Of a stretch of DNA of 64,000 bases, positions 48,434-59,189 are shown in pieces. Below the pieces are notes generated by a model. It was not told where the DNA came from and made no database searches. It was given only the letters and a program-made list of their open reading frames with translations. A program made the position numbers and the translations under genes. How positions within the stretch are numbered: position 1 is the stretch's first letter; every line of letters begins with the position of its first letter. The DNA comes from Lama guanicoe (Eukaryota), in assembly GCA_013239625.1 (NCBI GenBank), contig MU053873.1, positions 2,370,524-2,434,523 on the forward strand, written 5' to 3'.

Positions 48434-48899
48434 AAAGAGCATCTAGACCAGAGTAGCTCACAAAGCAGATTCAGCTCTGGGAGGTGCACGCTCCCTCGGC
48501 CACCCTGATTAAGACATCTCCAGCGTCAGCAACAGCTCCTGGCTTCTTTGTATACGGAAGCATATTGACCAAGGGCTGATGGGACACTGGCAGCAATTTG
48601 TGTTTACTTCTCTGATCAATATGCATCTCAGTGCTCACCCCAACACAATCTATTGCTGATGGTTATTAATTACAGGGCCTTCCTTTTCTCACATCTCTTG
48701 ACCCCTCACAAAGTTTGTTCTTGTCCATCCTCGGCTTTGGGGATTTCCTAGGCCTGTGGCTGAGGTCAGGAGGGGGCCCAGGAGTGTTGTTTATTTTCTT
48801 CTCCTTCTGAACTCGATGTTTGAATCGTAGGTCTAGACTCTGCCCCATTCCCTCCTGTGCGCTTTGGAAAAAGCACCTGTTGAGAGGGCAGGGTGGAAA

Positions 48900-49020
48900 T
48901 GTTGTAGGAAAAAGGGCACCTTGGTTCCAACCTCAATTCTGCCCTTCACTTGCTGTGTGTCTTTGGCCCCATCATTTCCCCTGTCTTGGCCTTGATTCTA
49001 CTCCCCTTCAAAATAAGAAG
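48900..49020 (+). mobile_element. MIR fragment
   Basis: TGGTTCCAA.CTCAATTCTGCC...TTGCTGTGTGTCTTTGG. Confidence 0.6.
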
Positions 49021-49289
49021 GCTCTCAAATATTCCCTCAAGCCTGATTCTTTAGGATTCTTCAAGTTTGGGATTTCTCATGAACAGCCTCCACAGCTTTG
49101 ATTCCAGAAGGGTCAAGCAACCCAGAGTTTTGTCATCTTTCTTAATTGGGGACTATCCATCTCTGTAACCTCTGAATAGTGTACCCTCATTTATTCATTC
49201 AACAATCACTCATGCTTTCAGATACACTTCTAACAGACACTTTTTGGGGAACTGCACATGTGCTCAGTCACAGTCACTGTTAAATAAAA

Positions 49290-49490
49290 GTCACTCCATC
49301 CCCTGGTCATTTCATTTGAGTCTTCCAAGAACACTGGGCATAAAACTCTATCATCTCCGTTGCACAGATGAGGAAACTGAAGCCCCACCATGGTCAAGGA
49401 CTCACACAAAGTCACACAGCTAGTGGGTGGTTGAACTAGAATTTAAACCCAGAGCTGTCTGGCTTAAAGTCTGTCATCTAACCATTCCAT
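49290..49490 (-). mobile_element. MIR SINE
   Basis: ACAGATGAGGAAACTGAAG...AAGTCACACAGCTAGT...GAATTTAAACCCAG. Confidence 0.9.
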
Positions 49491-50099
49491 CTGAAGACCC
49501 CAACCCTAAAATCCTCACCTCTTCTGCCCTCTTTGAAGAGAGATTCCTGGAGGTGTACTTGGCCATATGCCGTTGCTTTTCGTCAAAGGTAGAAGCACTT
49601 TAGAAAAAGGCGGTGGTTGTTACAACACTGAACCAACGCGTGGGTGGTGTATGGCCTGGAGAAGTTCACAAACTAGGTGCAATTAGTTGCCACCAATTAA
49701 CTCTGCACCACAGATCCCTCCCTCTTGGCACCTAAGTCCTTCAGAATCAAAAAGACAGATGACCCAGGTCATATGTGAAGAAAGAAGCTATGCACCAAAT
49801 ACCATTTACTATGCAAAGCAGATTCCTTTTTCCTAGAACGTGCTGATGTTGAGACACGGAAATACATTCAAATTAACCCCCGAGCTATTCCTCTTCCAAA
49901 TTCCCCATTTAGGGTTGACTCTCTGGCACAGGATATTACTAATTCAGAGATTCAGGAAGGCATACTGATTACCCTGGATGTGTATGAGGGCTCCACCAAC
50001 CCACTGTTTGATGCAGGGTGGAAATCAGAGCTCAAGGCACAAGCTCCAGTCCCCAGTGCAGCATCTATGGTCCCCCAGGACCTGGCTCCAACCAAATTT

Positions 50100-50730
50100 G
50101 TTCACGAACTCATTAAACAAATATTTATTGAGCACCTACTATATGCCAGATACAGTTCTCGGTGCTGGAGATACAGTAGTGAATAAGCCAGTAGGAACTC
50201 CCTGCCCTCCAGGAATTTACATTCTAGTGGGAGAGAAAGATAACAACGATAATAAATTAAATCTCACAGTAGATGGAGAGAAGGGTTATGAAGAAAAACA
50301 AGGCAGGAACAGGCAGCAGACAGTGCTGTGAGGTGAGGATTATGAATCAATAGGGTTATCACGGAAGATCTTCTAAGAAGACAGTTGAACCAAACCTTTA
50401 TTCCAAGTCTCCTGAAATGATCTAAAGAAGGCTGATGGGGGCTCCTGCATGGTGGAAACAGTGGAGGTGCAAAAGGAACTCAGAGCCTCTCCAGACGTTT
50501 GGAAAGTACAGCCCACAGTGTTTGCAATGAAAAGTAGGGGACGGAATAAAGGGAAGTATCAAAGACAGCTCCAAGGTGTCCTGAGCCCCCCGGGAGGGTG
50601 GATCTGCCACCTGTGATGGATATGTCAGCAAGTAAAATTGGGGGGGGGGTAGTGCAGGTTGGGGCATAGCAAGTTTGAGGTGCATACTTGACATTCAAGT
50701 GGAGTTGGCACGCAGGCCAGATCATTTCCT
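50100..50730 (-). mobile_element. L2 LINE 3' portion
   Basis: CATTAAACAAATATTTATTGAGCACCTACTATATGCCAGATACAGTTCT.GGTGCTGGAGATACAG...TCAAAGA..CTCCAAGG...AAGTTTGAGGTGC...GACATTCAAGTGGAG. Confidence 0.93.
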
Positions 50731-51069
50731 TACAGATCTTTTACTCCATGAAAGTCTCTGCTGTATACCTTTGCCCACTCAGAACCTTGACCCAAAGGGC
50801 CCTCCCCATCTCACCTGGGGCAGAATCTGGATACTGCCCCTCTTCATAAATCTCCCAGCCCCTCTCCTTACAGCTTTTCTGGGCACCTGCTCTTTCCTAC
50901 CAGAACCTAGCAGGCTGATGAAAGAGAAAATATGTAAGAGTTGGGCAGGGGATGAAGGGAGGCACTGCCCTCATATCTCATGAGTGACCTCAGGACTCCT
51001 CGGGAGTATGTTGACCTGCCTTCTCCCTCTGCCTCCTGAGGACCCCAGTCTCTTCTTGAGAGTCACGGG

Positions 51070-51260
51070 CCTTTTCACAATATGCCTTTATCAATATGAT
51101 TCCAATAAACGTTTCAGTTCCGCATATAAATTCTAGGGCCTGGCTGCCCAGCGGAGGCGACCTGCTCAATCAGCAGACCATAAAGATGTAATAATGCAAT
51201 TAAAAGGTATGGCCTGTCACCCTCATAAAGCTGGAGATCAATGCGGGGGTGGGGGGAGCT
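51070..51260. promoter_or_regulatory. Candidate posterior-HOX/CDX-MEIS enhancer
   Basis: CCAATAAA 51102, CCATAAA 51178, CAATTAAAA 51197, CTGTCA 51214, CTCATAAA 51222, all within 130 bp. Confidence 0.42.
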
Positions 51261-51699
51261 GAGGACATCAGGGAGAGTAGTCTGGCTTCTCTGCAACGTC
51301 AGAAGGATGAGGAAACTAGATGATTCAACAGGACCAGGGAATGAGATTCCTGGACCCTAAAGAGGTTCCAGCTCCAGCCTGGGGTCCCCTCTTGGGCCTC
51401 TGTCCTCTCTCAGTGGGCTGGATGTCAAGAGATGTGGGATCCATCTCCAGGTCACACTCAGGGACTTTGAAGTTTTAAACAAGTCCCTTCAATTCTTTAA
51501 GCCTCCATCTCCCCACCAGTATCGTGCATATATTGATAATACTACCTTCTTCACAAGGTTGTTGAGACAGACCAGATCCAGAGACTTTTAATGCTGGAGG
51601 GGTCCTAAGTCCACAGACTGCAAAGTCAAGTACCCACAGGGTCTAGGCAAATGGTAGTATGAGCTGGACCACGAGAGCTGCAGAACCTCTTACCACTCA

Positions 51700-51870
51700 C
51701 AGAATCGTAATCAATTTGAGTGGAAGGAATCTCAGATCAAATCTTCTCCATCTTGTTTACTGCACAGATATAACATTGAGATCCATGCAGGGTGAGAGAC
51801 TGCCTGAAGCCCAAGAGTGCATCACTGATGGAGGTGGAACCAGAAGTCAAATATGCTGACTCCAAATTTC
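51700..51870 (-). mobile_element. MIR/MIR3 fragment
   Basis: CACAGAAT...GAGTGGAAGG...CTCAGATCA...CAGATA..AACATTGAGA. Confidence 0.55.
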
Positions 51871-52086
51871 GTGCATGTCCCGCTCAGATGCCCAAGGAAA
51901 AGAGGCTGAGAGTAGGAGTGAGAATCACTGAGAGAGAGAAAGGATGAACCAAAATTTACTTGCAGACAGAAGAGAGTCAAGGTGAGATGGACCAAAAATG
52001 CCAAGTTGTCTCTGAAATGATGGGCTCCTGTGGATGACCTTGGAAATTATGAACCTGGAACCAGAGAACGCTAAGTTCAAGTCTTA

Positions 52087-52572
52087 TGTGATATATTGCT
52101 TACAAAACTGGTCCTACTTTCTATCCCTCTGTGTGTTTGCCATTTGCAATGTGTCCTTACAGTTCCTTCAGTTGGGAAGTGGAGTCTAATTCTCTATCTT
52201 TTCAATTTGGATTGTCCATCTGGTGGAGGAGATTGTGTATCTTTTCCAAGCCTGGGCCTCAGGAGGCCTTATGCATTTATGTTCTTTATTTTGAAATCAG
52301 CTCATCTACCATGAGTCTGCTGTAGGATAAAAAACACATGGTTCTTAATCCCCATCAACCAAGCTCAACAGTCAACCAAATAACAGACTTAAGCAAGGCC
52401 ATCCTAGACCATCTAGAAGCATGAGTGGGTCCAATAATGATTAGCTGAGCCCAGCCAAGATCAGAAGAGCCACTAAGTTGACCTGTAGACTTGTCAGCAA
52501 TAATAAGTGCTTATTGTTTGAAGCCACTGAGCTTTGGCATTGTTTGTTACTCAGCAATAGCTAACTGATACA
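52087..52572 (+). mobile_element. MaLR solo LTR (MLT1G/H-like)
   Basis: TGTG...GAAGTGGAGTCTA...TTCCAAGCCTGGGCCTCAGGAGGCCTT...AGGCCATCCTAGACCA...AAGCCACTGAG..TTGG...GTTTGTTAC.CAGCAATAGCTAACTGATACA. Confidence 0.9.
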
Positions 52573-52782
52573 CCTTGGTTCCCTTACTTTCTAGCCTTAT
52601 AATCTCGGGAAACTTCCTTCACCACTTCAAGCCTCAGTTTCTCCATTTAAAATACAGCGGTAATGATGACAATAATGGTAACACCAACCCACCAGGGTAT
52701 TTGTGAATATTAAACAAGAGAATGTATTCAAGGCTAAAAGCTTAGTATCTGGCATACAGTGAGTGCTCAATAGATGTTGATT
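52573..52782 (+). mobile_element. MIR SINE (3' part; 5' part at ~52040-52086)
   Basis: AAGCCTCAGTTTCTCCAT...TGGCATACAGTGAGTGCTCAATAGATGTT. Confidence 0.85.
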
Positions 52783-53049
52783 TCTTTCTTCCAGGAAGCC
52801 ATGCCATAGCCTTGGTCCACCAAGAGATTAGAGGATATGTGGTTTGCAGCCAGGAACCATTTCAAAAGGACTTGTAACTAAACTGAAACTAGGCTAATAG
52901 ATCTTGGAATTCCAAACCGAAATCCTTAGGTGTCCCTGGACTCCTATGGAACCCCTGGCCTGCAGGCTAGTCAGGACAGGGGCAGTGCCAGGGCAGGTGG
53001 CCTCGATGCCGGCTGAGTTCAGCAGTGCAGTTTGCTCTGCCTGCCAGAG

Positions 53050-53690
53050 CTTGCATGTTTACATACATCCCATAATTACCATCTGCACAGCCAGCGGCAT
53101 TTGTTGCAAATGGGCCGTTTCCATCTGTTGAAGCAATTTCCTCAGAGGAATTTGCATTGATCACTTTTTTATGCAAAGCTTTTGTATAGATCATTTTTCC
53201 CCCCAATGGTTTTTAATAGGTCTAAATACTTGAGGGGCAGGGAGGGGCCTCAGAAAGAAGGAGGTGGAGGGCTGGAGAGAATCCTGGCAGGGGGAGAAGA
53301 CAGGGTAGGCTGCTCTCCCACAAAACTCCACCTGTATTCCTCATTTGTAGTGACCCAACTCAACCACTGTTCAGGACCCCAGCCCAGGTAATGCCATTTC
53401 AAATATTTATTGTTTGCCTTTATACTTGAGCTAGTAGCTCGTGGTTAATGGAGAGGCCTTGGAATGAGGGGAAAATGGGGCGTGGTAATTAGCCAAGCAA
53501 CTGGTGATCCAGCTCAGAGCTTCGTACCTGAGAGAACCAGATGGACAATTTTGCATATTTTTGACAGCTGTAATGAACAGGGCAGCTCCGTATTGATTAA
53601 ATGTCTGAGAAATTAGTGCAACCCTCTGGAGCTTCATTATTTACTATTTCTGCTCAAATTCTCAGCAAAGTTTACACAAGCAGAAGTCTG
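53050..53690. promoter_or_regulatory. Candidate neural-type enhancer (bHLH + POU + homeodomain)
   Basis: CCATCTG x2, CAGATGG, ATTTGCAT 53150, TAATTA x2, TGACAGCTGTAA 53562, TATTGATT 53591. Confidence 0.42.
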
Positions 53691-53799
53691 CAGTAAGAGA
53701 AGAGGGAGAAGAGGAGACAGCTGAACAAAAGGATAAATGCTTTCTAGGGGCCCCAGCCCAACAAATGCAAGAACGGAGGGGTGACTGTGGTTTTTGACA

Positions 53800-53885
53800 T
53801 TGAGCTTCTGGAGGGTAAAAATCTTGGTTGATTCATTTTTGCACCCCCAGTGTCTAGCACGAGACCTGGCACAAAGTAAGCTCCC
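53800..53885 (+). mobile_element. L2 3' fragment
   Basis: GATTCATTTTTGCACCCCCAGTGTCTAGCAC..ACCTGGCACAAAGTAAG. Confidence 0.7.
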
Positions 53886-54184
53886 AGGAGATGACTGGCC
53901 CTAGACTGGACCTAGAAATAAAAATCTAAATTCAGGACTCATTTAGAGATTTGGGGCTCAATAGGCAGATGACAGACAGTGCCTTTAAAGTAGATGAAAT
54001 CATGTCCTTGAAAATATAATTATAAATCTTTGGTAAACAAAAAATTCATGTGCACGGAAGTGATGTCCCTACCACTACCTCAGCCCCACATCGATTCTCC
54101 CTTGAGAATCAAGACACTGAGTGGCCAAGGGATGCTGGATAAATAAAACAAGACTGTTCTAAATATTCCCCAACAAGACTCAGA

Positions 54185-54837
54185 TGGAGTTTTTCAAAAG
54201 TATGGTCTGCAAAACACCTGCATCACAATCAGCTGGGAAGTTGATTACAAATGTAGATTCTTGGGCCCTGTTAAAGAAAAATATTATTCAGTCAAGTCAC
54301 TTGTTTAAAAATGGTGAGGAAGACCTCATTCAAGGGAGTGGGGAAGCTATAGTTACCACAACAGGGATTTTGCAATAGGTGAGAGAGACTGGGCTCAACT
54401 CCAAATTAATACAACAAGCAAAAGTGGGAATTTATAGCCAAGGGGCAGAATTGGGGGCGGGGTTGGGGGGCATCTGTGAATAGAAAATTATTAAGAGGTA
54501 GGGTAATTCTTTGCTAGACTGACCTAACAGGATTCTTGCTGAAGGCAGGCCAGAGTGGTTAAGATATCAAAGGTTGGGGGTTAGGAATTCGATTAGATAT
54601 CGAGGGTGATCAGAGCAAGGATGGGGGGTTTTGGCAAACCGACGCAGCAGGAGTCTTACTAAAACTAGAATAAGTGGATCAAGGACAGAGTCCATGATCA
54701 GAGTCTAATCAGAAAGAGGACTCAGAGGAGCCTGACTCAAATTTGGCCAAAAAAGGGAGCTTTTGTCACTTCCAAGAATCAACAGGTTAAATAAGTTTCT
54801 AAGGGGCTTCTCATATGCTGAAGTCAGAAGATCACTG
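54185..54837 (+). mobile_element. MER5-family MITE split by an LTR insertion
   Basis: TTTTCAAAAGTATGGTC...CCTGCATCACAATCA.CTGGG...AATGTAGATTCTTGGGCCC | LTR | AAGAATC...AATAAG...CTGAAGT..GAAGATCACTG. Confidence 0.7.
54269..54768 (-). mobile_element. MER31-like ERV1 solo LTR
   Basis: TGTTAAAGAAAAA.ATTATTCA...GGGCTCAACTCC...AAGTGGGAATTTATAGCCAAGG...GACCTAACAGGATTCTTGCTGAAG...GGAGCCTGACT...TTTGTCA; TG...CA ends. Confidence 0.92.
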
Positions 54838-55434
54838 TGGGCTCTGAAATCCTGGATTAGAATCCTAGCCTCTTACCAGTCATGTGACCTGGACAGGTCA
54901 GAGTTGCCCAATGAAAGGCCTTGGAGCTGTCCCTGGTACCGCCCTGGGCTTCTGGGCCTCACTCTACTAGTGTGTTTTTCCCACCCTAACTCATGACCTC
55001 TCTTCATTCAATAAGCCATGTTTGGTCCTTTCCATTGGTGTCTGGTCTCCTGTGCATGACCTCATGCTAGGAACACACGTTCTGAAACTTCTGTATATGC
55101 TCTGACCTGTCTCATTAGTCTTTTTAGATACCTCTCCTACTTGATTCCATAGGTCTGGCCACCGTTCACCTAACACCTATTGATTCCAGTCTTTGGCAGA
55201 TGTGTTCACTGCAACATAATCTCAACACCTCCATCAGGAGAAGAGAGAGAGAAATCCCAAGTGGGAGTCTAGACATTAGACAGATAGGCAGATTGGTCTA
55301 AGTGACCTATTTGCTATACTTTTTTTTTCTATTGTCACATTCACAGAGGTGAATCAGGTCTTGAATAGCACAGTAAGCCTTCAATAAATGTTGAAAGGAT
55401 GGAGGGAAAATGAACAGATTCGATAAATGACAGA

Positions 55435-55860
55435 TATGATGGAAATGATGATGATGATGATGATAACAATGAGGATGCTGACAGTGGGGAAAGTGATGAT
55501 GGTGATGGCTCCATTTTACCACAGGCCCCAATAAAGATTTACTCATTTATATCAATGGCTCCTGAAGACATTTGGGTTTGAGACCACAGTTTATTAGCAG
55601 GATGGAGAAATGGATGGATGGATGGGTGGACGGATGGATGGATGGATGAATGGATGGTGGGAGGGAAGGAGCAATAACGGGATGGAGGGTACAGATGTGG
55701 AGGGAGAGATGGAGGGATGTATGGATGGATGAATGGATGGGTGGAAAGAAGACAAAAGGGAAGGTTGGAGGGAGAAAGGAAAGAAAATGAGATATTAAAA
55801 AAAAGAAAATAGTGAAGACTAGAGAAAAAAGAAAAATGGGGAGAGGAAGAAAACTATAAA
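55435..55860. repeat. (GAT)n, (GGAT)n and GA-rich simple repeats following an L2 3' end (~55330-55430)
   Basis: Direct reading. Confidence 0.85.
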
Positions 55861-55899
55861 TTCTATTGTGCTGTAAACACTCATTAAGCAAGACTAAGA

Positions 55900-56700
55900 G
55901 AAAATGAAGTAAATTCATACAATGCATCATGGAATATTACTGTACTTCATTTACTTTCCCTCCAATTAGGTAAAAAGCCTATTCTATTAAAGGTTACCCT
56001 TGCAGATCCAGACAAAATTAACTCCTGGTGCCTCATCCAGGCAGCAGGGCAATTGATTCTTCCCCCTAATCCGTTTATTTCATTAGCAATACATTTATTT
56101 GGTACATGCATTTTGCCACACTGTGGCAATGAAATGTCCCTGCAAGGTGTGGGGCATGGGGGAGCTCTTGGAATATTAACCAAATTGCTATTACCGCCAT
56201 GGCAGTGCTTAAAGATCATATGTAAATCAAATGTCAGGGAAGAAAATTGTAGCGAGGGCTGTCAGGAAACAATTTAGCGGTGGTTAAAGGCACAGCTCAT
56301 GGCTGGGTGAATTGTGAACTTTGCAAATGGAAAACCAAGGCAGCTTCCACTGTTAAGGCTGATAAGACCCGGAGGAAAAAGAGTGGAGAGGCTGGAGAAA
56401 TGTTGGATATTTGTACCCTGCAAAAATGAAAACAAACAAACAAACAAACAACGGATTCGCTCTTAAATATTCACAGCCAGATGCTATGGTGCATTCCCAC
56501 TGAAAGTGAATTTGGCCTACTGAAGAATTTCACCACCATTTCTGCCCTTTTCATTTAGAAAGCGGCTTTAATTTCATGGAAAAAGCAGTTGTTTAACAAA
56601 AGATAGTGTGGGCTCTTTATTTTCCCAGACTTCTAGTAATTGGTTTTCATGTTGCAAAATAGATGATGATGATTTTTATATCACATGTCCCAGGGATGTT
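55900..56700. promoter_or_regulatory. Candidate PBX-HOX-MEIS enhancer block
   Basis: GTAAATCA 56222 (TGATTTAC on - strand) with TGTCA 56232 and CTGTCA 56259; ~800 bp AT-rich and repeat-free. Confidence 0.45.
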
Positions 56701-56746
56701 TGACCTATAATTCTTTTCTTGGAAAGTTATCCTGATGAGTTGATCT

Positions 56747-56858
56747 TGTGTGTGTGTGTGTGTGTGTGCATGTCTGTGTGCGTGTGTCTGTGTGTGTGTG
56801 TGTCTGTGTGTGTGTGTGTGTGTCTCTGTGTGTGTGTCGCTGTGTGTCTGTGTGTCTG
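56747..56858. repeat. Compound (TG)n microsatellite
   Basis: Direct reading. Confidence 0.97.
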
Positions 56859-57249
56859 TAAAATGACTGGAAGGTTACTTTGTCAAGGTTCAGCCACTGC
56901 TCAAGGTATTTCAAGCAGGAAGGGATTTAATAAAAGGAGTTAGAAGTTTCCTTAATTGTTGGAAAGAAAGAAGGTGACACAGCTCAGGAAACCCAGAAGC
57001 ATAGGAATCCTGGGAAGTATTCATGGGAAATGTTGGTTGCATGTCTTCTAGATGCTGACTATTCCCAAAGTTAATGTAGACGCTACCTGCAGAACCCATG
57101 CCTTCCTTTTCCCAACATCTTGCACCTGCCTGCAGCCCCTTCTTGGGTATTATGGCTTCTCCTTCTTTCCCACCTTTCAAATCTCATCCAAGGGCTTCTA
57201 CTTCTTTCAGACAACTCTCCTCTCCAGAAACTGCATTTCATGGAGAGAA

Positions 57250-57430
57250 AATTGCTTTGGAACTCAAATCATGACTCCAGCAGCAGCAAGGATACCTCGG
57301 GCAAGTCAATTCATCTCTCAGAGCCTCCCAGTTCTGATGTGCGCTATAATAGTACCTGGTCACAACAGAGATGTTGTTGGGACAAAGTGTAAAAATATCT
57401 CGGTACCTGGCACATAGTAGGTGCCCAGTC
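57250..57430 (+). mobile_element. MIR SINE
   Basis: ACCTCGGGCAAGTCAATTCATCTCTCAGAGCCTC...ATAATAGTACCT...CCTGGCACATAGTAGGTGC. Confidence 0.85.
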
Positions 57431-58099
57431 AATGCCAATTGCCTTTTTTTGTCCTCTTCCTTTTACCCTTGTGCCTCCCTGGTGGGGTTCATTTGAAGCC
57501 AATTTCCTCCACAGAGATATTGCCGGGGCACAGGGAGGAAATTCCCAGGGTTCTGGGTCCCCCTGGGGAAAGTCCTCCTTTAAAGAAAGCCATTAAGGAT
57601 TTAAATTCTTATCATCTTCCATTCCAACTAGCCAGAGTGTTATGAATAATATCCTATTAGCTGGAGACATTCAAACAATCACCCGTTAACATGTTCTTAC
57701 GGCGAAATGATGAAGCGTTCTCCGAAATCACGGCGCTTATCTGCGGCCCACTCGGCAAGCACTCCATCACACCCACCCACGACACTTCTTGTACTGCTGT
57801 CCTGGATTCCAACTAATCATTACGGGGCAGCGGGTGGTGGGAGAGCTGGGAACTTCTCTTGGCTGCAGGCTCCTGGAGCAGGGCCTTGCTTCACCTTGGC
57901 CAGCCCCATGGTGTACCTGCCCCAGAAGGGATCAGAGCAGCTTCTTGAGAGATAATTATTAGGCAAATCACATACACGCAATGTTTGTGTAATAGGGAAA
58001 CCAAGTCAGGAAAACACTGATCACGAAAAGCATCAAGCCAAGAACAGATAAAAAGAGAGGAAAGTTACACAAAGGAGTTATTTAAAGAAAGATCTAGAA

Positions 58100-58195
58100 G
58101 GGTGAGGGTGTAGCTCAGTGGTAGAGTGTGTGCTTAGCATGCACAAGGTCCTGGGTTCAATCCCCAGTACCTCCATTTAGAAAAAGAGATATAAA
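58100..58195 (+). mobile_element. tRNA-Ala(AGC)-derived SINE, camelid (vic-1-type)
   Basis: 58104-58175 GAGGGTGTAGCTCAGTGGTAGAGTGTGTGCTTAGCATGCACAAGGTCCTGGGTTCAATCCCCAGTACCTCCA; A box TAGCTCAGTGG, B box GGTTCAATCC, CpG-decayed, A-rich tail, degenerate TSD AAAGAAAGATCTAGA/AAAAAGAGATATAAA. Confidence 0.85.
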
Positions 58196-58729
58196 TGAAA
58201 TAGCTAAAGAGCTAAAGCAGAGACCTCAACTTCCAGGAGTTTGAAGTGCCAGCAGAGACTAGCCATTCCAGTTTTTACTTCTATTCCCCCAACCTCAGAA
58301 AAACGCGCCTTATAGAAACTGAGCCCAGCAAAGCACTCTCTGGCCATGCAGTTGGTGAAGCAGAGGAATCAGCCCATCTTGTTGTTTCAAAGCGCACCTC
58401 ACATGCTATAGACTCCGACCTGCCCTGCAGGAAAGACACCTATTTAATTCCATGGGTTCAATGCTTACCAAGCCTGTTTAACTACAGAACCCCTCTTTGC
58501 GTCCTTGGATCTGCCAAAAACATGCCCTGGTAGTGGTGAGCCTTTCTATGAGACAATGAGCATAAGTTCTCTTTGTTTTAAAAGTCTCTCTTAATTTAAA
58601 GAGGGTTTTTTTCCTATTTTTATACTGGTCTGAGAGCAAATGAAAGTGTGGTACATATTTCACAAAACATGGATGGTGATCATGACCCCACTGAGCTCTG
58701 CTGCAAGGAAAGAGGAAAAGGAGTTAAGA

Positions 58730-58920
58730 GGTGCCATGTTCCTCCTATGTGCTAAGCACTTCACGATTGTACACTAACCCTCCCATGAAGTACGTCCCAC
58801 TGTTTCATCCTTCACAGATGAGAAAACTGAGGCGGGCACAGCTAGCTAAAGAGCTCTATTTTCCTGAGCCAGTGACAGCCCAAGTCTGGATTTTGAGTCC
58901 TGGTCCAGAGCACTTTTACC
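58730..58920 (-). mobile_element. MIR SINE
   Basis: TGTGCTAAGCACTTCAC...CACAGATGAGAAAACTGAGGC. Confidence 0.8.
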
Positions 58921-59189
58921 TGGGACAACACATTCCTTAGTCCTTGGGGTGCCTGGACCCACTTTAAAAACATGATGTGTCTGGATGTTCAGATGAAGAG
59001 GATTCCTGGACTCGCTAAGGTCCACGATTAAGGTGCGCTATGATTCCACACTGCCACCGCCCTGCCAGGGGCAGAACACTGCACAGATGCAAGTCCACCT
59101 GCCTGGACCACCCCCCCCTGCGGTGAAAAGACAAAACCCACCACAACAGGTGAGACCCAGTCTCCCTGCTCTCAGTGGGCATCAGCTCC

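Noticed and set aside
58104..58175. Functional tRNA-Ala(AGC) gene
   Set aside because: CpG-decayed, acceptor-stem mismatch, A-rich tail with degenerate TSD and no proximal T4 terminator; better explained as a SINE copy.
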